Assembly: GCA_035440305.1 (NCBI GenBank)
Contig: DAORMC010000002.1
Span: forward strand, 1,295 to 65,294
Length of the DNA stretch: 64,000 nucleotides
DNA from: Pirellulaceae bacterium
GTDB taxonomy: Bacteria > Planctomycetota > Planctomycetia > Pirellulales > Pirellulaceae
Direction: 5' to 3'
Part shown: positions 39,501 through 46,592 of the stretch, piece after piece
Layout of the letters: each line of letters begins with the position of its first letter
Position numbering within the stretch: position 1 is the stretch's first letter
Program-made: the position numbers and the translations under genes
The notes under the pieces: generated by a model
The model's database searches: none
The model's input: the letters and a program-made list of their open reading frames with translations, nothing else
Told to the model about the DNA's origin: nothing

Positions 39501-39743
39501 GGAGCGGCGAGTCGTCAGGCGGTCGGCGCGGCGGTGGTCGGTGGAATGATCGCCGCGATCGTCTTTTCGCTCGCGTTCGTCCCCGCCTTCTTCGTCGTCT
39601 TCCGGCGTGAAGGAGGGACCGGCGAGGGAGAGCGAACCTCACCGTCGCCCGACATGCCCGATGCCGATTCGCGAAGGGACGAAACGAAGGAGGCTGACGC
39701 GAAGGAAACCGACCATCCGGAGGTTTCGGCGGCGACCGCTTGA
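36537..39743 (+). CDS. Efflux RND transporter permease (AcrB/HAE1-like)
   Basis: '[44 protein letters not shown]' is the canonical AcrB N-terminus, so I start at in-frame GTG 36537 (alternatives 36417/36435). It has 12-TM architecture and '[13 protein letters not shown]'. Confidence 0.9.
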   Translation: [1068 protein letters not shown]

Positions 39744-39765
39744 GTTTCGGCGATCGATCGCCCCT

Positions 39766-40446
39766 TCAGTTCCAGCGAAGCGGCTTGCCGCGCAGCCATC
39801 CGATCAGGATCGCCGAAAACATCAGCAACAGCGGGAGCAGCAACAGCAACAGCGGGATCGCGACGACGGCGAGCGCCGCGATCGGCCAACCGAGGGCGCG
39901 GAGAGCGATGCTCGAGGGGATCGCGATCGGCGGGATCAGCAGCGGCAGTCGGATGTCACGGCGCGCGACGAGAACCGAGACGATGTCGGATCGGTTCTTC
40001 AGGACGGAGCGCAGCAACCAGAGCCAAAGCAGACTCATTGCGATCCAGCCGAGTCCCGTCAGACCGAACAGAATCCAGCGCACGATCACGGCCGACGTTG
40101 CGGCGTCCTGGTCGGGACCGATCATCGCATCGAGTAACGCGGCGCGATCGGCGGCGATAATCCCGACCGCGAACAGGAGTGACGCCGCTCCGTTGGCAGC
40201 GATCAGCCGCCCGAGACTCCCGCCGCCGACGATCGCACTCCAGGGGAGAAGCAGGCCGGCGATGCGGTTGCGCCAGGTCACGCTCCCGACCGTCGAGCCT
40301 CTGAGCAGCAGTCCGCCGATCGCCACCTGAGTGACGATCAGCAACCCGCTGATCACGAGACCGAACGGCAATCCGAGGGCGCGCACGAGCAACAGCGGCA
40401 CCAGCGCCTGGGCAGCGATCGCGGCGGCAATCAGGACGAATCCCAC
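39766..40446 (-). CDS. Hypothetical polytopic membrane protein
   Basis: Hydrophobic throughout. Start set at GTG 40446, because upstream codons run into the hairpin-repeat region. No motif recognised. Confidence 0.4.
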   Translation of the reverse strand: MGFVLIAAAIAAQALVPLLLVRALGLPFGLVISGLLIVTQVAIGGLLLRGSTVGSVTWRNRIAGLLLPWSAIVGGGSLGRLIAANGAASLLFAVGIIAADRAALLDAMIGPDQDAATSAVIVRWILFGLTGLGWIAMSLLWLWLLRSVLKNRSDIVSVLVARRDIRLPLLIPPIAIPSSIALRALGWPIAALAVVAIPLLLLLLPLLLMFSAILIGWLRGKPLRWN

Positions 40447-40457
40447 ACGCGGCTCCG

Positions 40458-40739
40458 AATTGGCGTAACGCGACCGCCCCCGGTCGCACCGGATTGGCGT
40501 AGTGTCCCCAAGTCCCGTCAGGGACGGCCGACAGTAGCCCACCGTTTATCGGTGGGTCTCGTCTCGCCAAAGAGCGTCCGCGAGTCCCGAAAGGGACGCA
40601 AGAACCCGAACGACGAACGAGTCTCTGCCGTCCGACAATTCACCGTCTGTCGTCCCTTTCGGGACTTCGAGTAAAGGGTGACGCGACTCCGTTCCCGGCG
40701 ATGAATCGCCGGGCTATTTTCTGTCGTCCCTATCGGGAC
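40458..40739. repeat. Cluster of short GC-rich palindromic (REP-like) hairpins
   Basis: gcgaccg-ccccc-ggtcgc (40470-40488); gtccc-gtca-gggac (40512-40525); cccaccg-tttat-cggtggg (40538-40556); gtccc-gaaa-gggac (40584-40597); gtccc-tttc-gggac (40652-40665); cccggcg-atgaat-cgccggg (40694-40713); gtccc-tatc-gggac (40726-40739). 'attggcgta' occurs twice (40458, 40492). Confidence 0.8.
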
Positions 40740-40933
40740 TCACCGGAGCGGCCCGTACGAACGGTGGACTTGTTGCCGCTCAAACGACGACGTGCCAACG
40801 GCGCTCGCACGAATGCGACCGACGTCGGTCGCACCTGCATCTTCACCGATACGGCTGATCAGGAGCCGTTCCTTGTCTCGATGCGGAGCCGAGACAAGGA
40901 ACGGCCTAAGCGAGTCGCTCGAAGAGACCTTGG

Positions 40934-42364
40934 TCAGCGATCGATCGGCAGTCCGGCCGCTTCGGTGAAACGATCGAATGCGGCTCGCAGCGCCGTGTAG
41001 TGCACCGTTCGGACGACCGCGGCAGGACCGGCCTTCTCGACGGCAGCCGTGACTTCACGATCGGTCAGCACGACCGGCGAGGCCGCGAGTCCGCGGGCGA
41101 CCGTCAGCAGTTCCGCTTGGCCCGCAGGAAGCTCGGCGGTTCCGGCGATCAGCGCCTCGATCGCTTCAGGGCTCTCGCCGGCCGCGAGCAATTCGTTGCG
41201 AGCGTTGCCGAGAGCGTACCAGGCGGCATCCTGATGGGCGACCACCAGATCGATCCGCGTCCGCAGAAGAGGATCGAGTTCGAGATCGCGCGCCGCGAGG
41301 AACGCCGCGATCGTGTTCCGCCCCGCCACCGGAAACGGGGCGATCAGTCGGACCCAAGCAGGCAGCGGTCGATCGGCGAACGCATCGCGCAACGACTCGT
41401 CCAGCATCCCTCGCGCTTCGTCCTCGCTCGGTAACGGCAGTCGCGCCGTGCGGGTCTCGGCGGCCTTCAGCCCTTCCGCCATCCTCTCGGCGGTCAGTAC
41501 GGGGCGACCGAACGAGGTGGGGCGAATCGCACCGTCGATCGGCGTCGAGGTTTCAGCGACGACTCGTGACAGCCCCTCCGCGAATTCGTCCGAGGTAGGA
41601 GTCAGATAGCTGTGAGCCTCCCCCGTATCGCCGCCGAAGTTTCCCCCGGTCGATGCCTGCGGGACGCCGATTCCCTCCTTCCATCGATTGATCGCATTGT
41701 TGCCTGCGACCGACATCACAATCTCGATGATCTGCAGGTCGGTGTAATGCTTGCGACAGGCATCGATCTCCGCTTCGCAGGATCGATGCGGCTCGAGCGT
41801 CAGACGACGCGCCAAGGCGAATGCTGCCTGTTCGTTCTCGGGAAATCGACTCCAGTCCTGATCCAGACAGGCGAGCTGATCCTCGGTCATTCCGGCCGCC
41901 AGCAGCTTCGATTCCTGATGTCCCAGACAGTACTGACAGTTGTTCGCACGCGAGGCGATCCAGAAGAGTCGAGTCTTGAAGGGATAGTCGAGGCTCAGAA
42001 CCGGATCCGGCTCGATCGTGAATCGGGCCGGCGCTCCGGGACGCGAGGCAGGACTCCCGGCGAACGCCAGGTAACCGCGGATGTCCGCCGACGACAGATA
42101 GCTGCTTCGCAGCCGACCTTCGTAGCCGCGCGAGCGAGGATCGGCTGCGCCTTCGTCCGCCGATTCGGGCGGCAACGGGATCCGCGGGGTGCGCTGCTTC
42201 ATCTCCTCGAGCAGACGCTTCATCTCGGGACGGGTCAACGGAGTCGGTCGAGGGATCTCGTCCGCCTCTTGAGCGACCGTCAGCGACGCGGAAGCACTCA
42301 ACGAGAACAGGAGCAGCCCGACGGAGAGCGAACGAACGAAACGAGGGAATCGAACCTGGCGCAT
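40934..42364 (-). CDS. AhpD-like/carboxymuconolactone-decarboxylase-family protein, secreted (one CxxC domain plus one Cys-less domain)
   Basis: Start at ATG 42364 (MRQVRFPRFVRSLSVGLLLFSLSASASLTVAQE signal). 'FWIASRANNCQYCLGHQESKLLAAGMTEDQL' carries the CxxC..H redox signature. The second half 'VAHQDAAWYALGNARNELL' is a Cys-less repeat. Confidence 0.75.
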   Translation of the reverse strand: MRQVRFPRFVRSLSVGLLLFSLSASASLTVAQEADEIPRPTPLTRPEMKRLLEEMKQRTPRIPLPPESADEGAADPRSRGYEGRLRSSYLSSADIRGYLAFAGSPASRPGAPARFTIEPDPVLSLDYPFKTRLFWIASRANNCQYCLGHQESKLLAAGMTEDQLACLDQDWSRFPENEQAAFALARRLTLEPHRSCEAEIDACRKHYTDLQIIEIVMSVAGNNAINRWKEGIGVPQASTGGNFGGDTGEAHSYLTPTSDEFAEGLSRVVAETSTPIDGAIRPTSFGRPVLTAERMAEGLKAAETRTARLPLPSEDEARGMLDESLRDAFADRPLPAWVRLIAPFPVAGRNTIAAFLAARDLELDPLLRTRIDLVVAHQDAAWYALGNARNELLAAGESPEAIEALIAGTAELPAGQAELLTVARGLAASPVVLTDREVTAAVEKAGPAAVVRTVHYTALRAAFDRFTEAAGLPIDR

Positions 42365-42583
42365 GACGCTACCTTCCGAAAGGAGACGAAGTCGGACAAG
42401 GCCTACGGTGGGACGACCGCAAAGGGCGACGCGAAAGGAAGCGACGCCGCCGTGCGATCGAACAGGCGAACGCCGATGGGGAGGCGCCGCGGGATGCCAA
42501 CCGAGGAACGGAGTTCCGATCGGTATCGTCGAGCGGGGGCGCAGCACGAGCCGAGCCGTACCGAGCGAGGTCGACGAAACCGC

Positions 42584-43066
42584 TCAGCGAGCCGCCTGAG
42601 GCGGACGCCAGATGCGGCGAGCAACGCCCGTAGAAAGAAGCGAGTTCCGTTCCGAGGCGATCGTTCCGACGCGAGGCTCCGCGTCGGGATCGCGATTCAC
42701 GACGGCCTCGTTGCCCGACGACTCCCGCCGCTCGTCCCCGCCGCCGCGAGGAACCGAGATCCCCTCGGGAGAAGACCGACGACAGGTCAGACCGCGGCAG
42801 CGCAGCGTACTTTCCGACTCGCTTGTCGGCTCATCCACGAACGCTCGTCGGAGCATCGCCGACAGTTCCGGAAGCTCCGCGGACGAGCGTGGCGATGCGT
42901 CGAACGGAAGCGGCACACCTCGGTCATCGAGCAGGATGACATGATTGCCGCAGCGAGCCTGGGCCTCGGAACTGCCGTACGCCACGACCAGTCCGATCAG
43001 CAAGCAGCCGATGACTCGTCCATGGCGAGCAAGCAGGGGCGCAGTGTTCGATCGGCAAGGGAACAT
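42584..43066 (-). CDS. Small secreted 3-Cys protein, unnamed family (paralog of 49196-49663)
   Basis: Signal-like 'VIGCLLIGLVVAYGSSEAQA'. The blocks 'CGNHVILLDDRGVPLP', 'LRCRGLTCR' and C-terminal 'RIWRPP' are shared with the 49196 ORF through synonymous-divergent DNA, which supports real coding. Confidence 0.55.
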   Translation of the reverse strand: MFPCRSNTAPLLARHGRVIGCLLIGLVVAYGSSEAQARCGNHVILLDDRGVPLPFDASPRSSAELPELSAMLRRAFVDEPTSESESTLRCRGLTCRRSSPEGISVPRGGGDERRESSGNEAVVNRDPDAEPRVGTIASERNSLLSTGVARRIWRPPQAAR

Positions 43067-43202
43067 CGTATCCGCCGAGCGTCTGACGGTCGTCGCTTCA
43101 CTCGAACGACAAGTCCGGGCTTCGGTCTGCTACGCCCGCTCGCCCCGAACGGTTCGCTGCGGCGATCCGCAGGTTCGATACGATTCGCCCGGCCGATCCG
43201 TT

Positions 43203-44498
43203 TCAGTCGAGTCGCGCCTCGAAGGGGACGGTGACTCCGGGGAGCATCCGTGGAGATACGATCTCGAGCTTCGGCAGATCGCCGAACGAGCCCCCCTCGT
43301 CGGCAACGATCTCCACGGTCCGGGATTCTCCGGGGAGCAGATCGCGCAGCGATCGTTCTGCCTTTCGTCCGTCGACGGTGACGAACGCATCGTACGGGAT
43401 CGGGGCGATGCCGACGTTCGCGACGACGATGCGAGCCGTCGTCTCGTTCGCCTCGAACCGCTCGATCCGAAAGCGATAGCCGCAGGCGAGACCGGCCGCT
43501 GCTAGACGCTCGTCGGACTGATGCTCGGGCTGAGCGTCGGCGATGATGAAGCTCAGATGGAACTTCGCGGCCTGCGTCTCGAACGGGATGCCGTGAGGTC
43601 CCGTGGGGGCGAGAGCCAGACGCTGATCGCGCGGCTCGAAGAAGCTGAACTCGCCCCCCGCCGGCGCACGTCGCCATCGCTCCTCGCCGAACGCTCGCCA
43701 ATTGGGGGCATTCTCTTCGGCATGACGCTTGTGATTGAACGAGTCGTCGAACAGGCCGAATCCCAGATTCGCGATCCGCTCGTCGCTGGCGAGCGGACTC
43801 CAGTCGTTCGCCGCATCGACCGACACCATCCAGCGCGTCTCGATCAGCACTCGATCGAGATGCTCGGCGAATCGACGCTGGAACTCGAGCGACGGGAAGG
43901 TCTCTCCGAGACGCATCGGTCCGTCGTAGATGTGGTACTCGGACCAGAGACCGAAGCCGACCTGCAGATACGCCAGGCGCGGATCGCGGTCATATCGTTC
44001 CGCGAACCGCTCGAAGAACTCGAGGACGAAGGCCGGCAGGGCAGGGTGCGACCAATCGGGAAACTCCGTCGGCTCTCCTTCGCTCTCGGCACGGACGGTC
44101 CGGTAACCGTCGAGCCCCGTTACCGAAGCGGGAACTCCGGTCCGCTTCCCGACGTACGTGTCGTACCAGCGGAGCACGAGCTGATGGCGTCTCGCTGCCG
44201 CCTGCTCGAGCAATCGTTCGACCGGACTCCAGTCGTAGTCGCCGCGCGCGTCGACGACCGCGGCATACGGCAGATAGGCGAACTCGAGCGAGACCGGGGC
44301 TCGTTCGATCGCCTCGTTGTCCTGCCAGAGCACCAAGCCGGTCAGCGGCTGAGGTGCGACCACGTCGCTGCGAAGCGGAATCGGCCGGAGCGGCGCCCGA
44401 TCTTGCGGATCGTCGTTCGACCTCGCGGCCGCCGAGCCCATGATCAGTACCGAAGCGAACAGACTCGCTCGAACGATTCCGGCATACGAACGCATCAC
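43203..44498 (-). CDS. Secreted hypothetical protein (glycoside-hydrolase-like suspected; family not confidently recognised)
   Basis: Signal 'ASLFASVLIMGSAAARS'. 431-aa ORF with good length and no better competing frame. 'LVLWQDN ... SLEFAYLPY ... LVLRWYDTYVG' is reminiscent of DUF4832-type proteins, but this is unverified. Confidence 0.6.
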   Translation of the reverse strand: MMRSYAGIVRASLFASVLIMGSAAARSNDDPQDRAPLRPIPLRSDVVAPQPLTGLVLWQDNEAIERAPVSLEFAYLPYAAVVDARGDYDWSPVERLLEQAAARRHQLVLRWYDTYVGKRTGVPASVTGLDGYRTVRAESEGEPTEFPDWSHPALPAFVLEFFERFAERYDRDPRLAYLQVGFGLWSEYHIYDGPMRLGETFPSLEFQRRFAEHLDRVLIETRWMVSVDAANDWSPLASDERIANLGFGLFDDSFNHKRHAEENAPNWRAFGEERWRRAPAGGEFSFFEPRDQRLALAPTGPHGIPFETQAAKFHLSFIIADAQPEHQSDERLAAAGLACGYRFRIERFEANETTARIVVANVGIAPIPYDAFVTVDGRKAERSLRDLLPGESRTVEIVADEGGSFGDLPKLEIVSPRMLPGVTVPFEARLD

Positions 44499-44657
44499 CG
44501 CTCCTCCGATCGATCGCGTCGTTCGACTCGGCGCGAACTTGCCGAGTCGATCGAGGTGCCACGGTAGCGCAACGGATCGATGCCGCCAAGGGCGGAGCGA
44601 ATCTCGTATGTCGTCGGCGTCTTGAAGTGAGGCGATTCCCGAGCCATCGCAGTCCAG

Positions 44658-44730
44658 TCGCCCGTCCAGGAATCGAACCTGGTCCGACGGCTTCGGAGGC
44701 CGTCATGCGAATCCGACACAACCACGAGCG
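44658..44730 (-). tRNA. tRNA-Arg(CCG)-like
   Basis: Reverse complement: CGCTCGT GG TTGT GTCGGATTC GCAT G ACGGC CTCCGAA GCCGT CGGA CCAGG TTCGATT CCTGG ACGGGCG A. The acceptor, anticodon and T arms are good. The D-arm is weak (T10.T25, G8), the first pair is C1-G72, and there is no encoded CCA. Confidence 0.55.
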
Positions 44731-44770
44731 AACGACGTCGGCGGGGGGCGCCGATGGCGCAACCCCCAAG

Positions 44771-44843
44771 CGTCCCCGATGGGATTCGAACCCACGATCT
44801 CCTGCGTGACGGGCAGGCGAGCACTCCGCTGCTCCACGAGGAC
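44771..44843 (-). tRNA. tRNA-Asp(GTC)
   Basis: Reverse complement: GTCCTCG TG GAGC AGCGGAGT GCTC G CCTGC CCGTCAC GCAGG AGATC GTGGG TTCGAAT CCCAT CGGGGAC G. All four arms pair. The anticodon loop reads C-C-GTC-A-C, so position 33 is C, not U. Confidence 0.7.
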
Positions 44844-44894
44844 CGATCGGACAATGACGTTCGAACTCGGAGGGATCGAACTCGGTTTCGGAAG

Positions 44895-44966
44895 TGGGCC
44901 GGGAGGCGCTCGAATCCTCGTCTGCGGTGTTTCAGACCGCCGCTGGACCATCTCAGCTACCGGCCC
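44895..44966 (-). tRNA. tRNA-Phe(GAA)
   Basis: Reverse complement: GGGCCGG TA GCTG AGATGGTC CAGC G GCGGT CTGAAAC ACCGC AGAC GAGGA TTCGAGC GCCTC CCGGCCC A. The acceptor, D and anticodon arms are canonical. The T-stem has A53.G61 instead of G-C. Confidence 0.65.
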
Positions 44967-44974
44967 CGAAACGC

Positions 44975-45012
44975 GACAAGGCCCGGCATCGCACGCGACA
45001 CCGGGCCTTGTC
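44975..45012 (-). terminator. Perfect 12-bp stem-loop (possible terminator or processing hairpin upstream of tRNA-Phe)
   Basis: gacaaggcccgg (44975-44986) / ccgggccttgtc (45001-45012) with a 14-nt loop. On the minus strand only a short TTT follows, so intrinsic-terminator function is uncertain. Confidence 0.3.
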
Positions 45013-45306
45013 GAGGAACGGCAAGGACTCGCCCGAGTCATGAGTGCAGCGAAAGGGGATCGAACGACTGCCGCCGGCGAACGATGTCGAATCGACGGTT
45101 CGGCAACCGCGTTGGTCGATCGTTCATCATCGAATCCGTCCTCCGTTCGTCCGACGAGCGAATCTCGTCGGGCGATGATCAGACGCGTCGAGCGACCGAT
45201 CGGTTCGCGCCGGATTCGGTGCGGCGGTCGGATTCTTGCCCGGCGAGCGAACGGATTTCGGCCGCAGGGTCGAACTCCCTCCGCCCGATCGGCTCCGAAG
45301 GCCGGT

Positions 45307-45786
45307 TCAATCGAGCCACTGCCGGACGATCGCTTCGACTTCCTCGCCGTCGAGCGTTTCGTGAGCCGAGAGTTCGTCGACGATCGCAGCCAGCGCCGCC
45401 CAGTGACGATCGCGGCGGAGCGACCGGTACAACTCGGCGGTGACCTGTTCGAGATAGGCCAGACGCCGGCGCTCGTCGGGGACCAGTGTCGACGCGGCTT
45501 CCCAGGCGACCCTCCAATCCGCTGCCCATTCGGCGACGAACCCCGGATGATACGGCTCGCCCGTGTGGATCATCTCGGCGACCGGGCCGGCCAACGCCAC
45601 GAGCACGATGCTCTCGCGGCGGCGGCGCTCGGGAAACCGCTCCGAAGGCCAGGCGACCTGAATGTCGGCGTGGCGAGCCGGCCCATCGTCACGGTCCGGG
45701 TCGATCGTCACCGACAGCACCTCGGCGCCGCAGACGATCGCCATCAGGGCATGTCCCGCTTCGTGATGTGCCGAGAGGTCGTCCAT
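45307..45786 (-). CDS. Stand-alone peptidase-M41-like (FtsH protease-domain-like) zinc metalloprotease, 159 aa
   Basis: 'SAHHEAGHALMAIV' (HEXXH in FtsH-like context), 'LSVTIDP' and 'VALAGPVAEMIHTG' parallel the FtsH blocks 'YHEAGHA', 'KVTIIPRG' and 'LYGGRLAEEI'. There is no AAA+ domain and no TM segment. Confidence 0.7.
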   Translation of the reverse strand: MDDLSAHHEAGHALMAIVCGAEVLSVTIDPDRDDGPARHADIQVAWPSERFPERRRRESIVLVALAGPVAEMIHTGEPYHPGFVAEWAADWRVAWEAASTLVPDERRRLAYLEQVTAELYRSLRRDRHWAALAAIVDELSAHETLDGEEVEAIVRQWLD

Positions 45787-45876
45787 CGGTTCTCCCGTCG
45801 TGCCGCCGTTCCTGAGCGTCGTCTCGAGCCGGTTCGGGCAGGCGCGAGGCTAATCTGATACTCGGCGGGAGTGCGA

Positions 45877-45927
45877 TCGGGAATCCCGGATTCCCGACGC
45901 GACCGGTCGGGAACATGATCCCGACCG
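45877..45927. promoter_or_regulatory. Two inverted repeats sharing the half-site TCGGGAA/TTCCCGA in the divergent M41-like/ECF-sigma intergenic region
   Basis: IR1 is TCGGGAA-tcccgga-TTCCCGA (45877-45897). IR2 is TCGGGAA-catg-ATCCCGA (45907-45924), extendable to the 9-bp arms cggtcggga/tcccgaccg (45904-45927). Confidence 0.3.
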
Positions 45928-45989
45928 ATTTTCTCTCGATCCCGCGAATCGCGACGTGACGATCGTTCCTCGGCGGCAACCGACGACTC

Positions 45990-46592
45990 GTGAGCCTCTC
46001 CTTCGACCCTTCCGTGACCGACGATTCGACGCTGATTCGACTGGCCTTGGCCGGTTCCCGAGCAGCGTTCGAGGGGCTCGTGCGCGCGCATCACGGGGCG
46101 GTCCGATGGCAGCTGCTCCGCACGCTTCGCGACGCTGCCGCCGCCGACGACCTGGCTCAGGAGGTCTTTCTGCACGCCTTTCGCCACCTCGATCGCTTTC
46201 GGGGCGACGAATCGATCCGCCCCTGGCTGATCGGCATTGCCAGAAACAAGGCGAAGGAATTCGTCCGAGCCGAAGTCCGTCGGAAGGGGCGCGAACAGGG
46301 ACCGTTGGCGATGCTGCTCGCTCGGTGGCGAGCCGAACGGCTGGAGGAAGGGACGGACGAAGCCGAGGAGTACGAACGGAATCTCGCTCGGCTGCGCGAC
46401 TGTATCGGAGCTCTGGCTCCGCGCAGCCGTCAGGTGATCGAGGAGCATTACTTCCGATCGCGCACGCTCGAGTCGCTCGGGCAGACTTGGGGCTGCACCG
46501 GAGGAGCGCTGCGGATGCTGCTGCTGAGAATCCGCAAGACCCTCGGGGAATGTCTGCAACGAGGGCCGGACAAGGCGAGGACGCATCGATGA
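45990..46592 (+). CDS. ECF (extracytoplasmic function) RNA polymerase sigma-70 family factor
   Basis: GTG start. Region 2 'DDLAQEVFLHAFRHLDRFRGDESIRPWLIGIARNKAKEF' and region 4 'SRQVIEEHYFRSRTLESLGQTWGCTGGALRMLLLRIRKTL'. Confidence 0.9.
   Translation: MSLSFDPSVTDDSTLIRLALAGSRAAFEGLVRAHHGAVRWQLLRTLRDAAAADDLAQEVFLHAFRHLDRFRGDESIRPWLIGIARNKAKEFVRAEVRRKGREQGPLAMLLARWRAERLEEGTDEAEEYERNLARLRDCIGALAPRSRQVIEEHYFRSRTLESLGQTWGCTGGALRMLLLRIRKTLGECLQRGPDKARTHR

Noticed and set aside
44844-44894. The duplicated tcgaactcgg 10-mers as a tRNA 3'-fragment or att site of an integrated element
   Set aside because: No cloverleaf or acceptor-stem remnant can be folded, no integrase lies nearby, and the match is too short. 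It is mentioned only as a note within the tRNA finding.
45040-45110. A T-arm-like 'aaaggggatcgaac' as a fourth tRNA
   Set aside because: The flanking sequence gives no complementary T-stem or acceptor stem.
45956-46588. Upstream extension of the anti-sigma ORF across the ECF sigma gene
   Set aside because: It uses a different frame from the clearly coding sigma gene. ATG 46589 gives the classic ATGA sigma/anti-sigma coupling.
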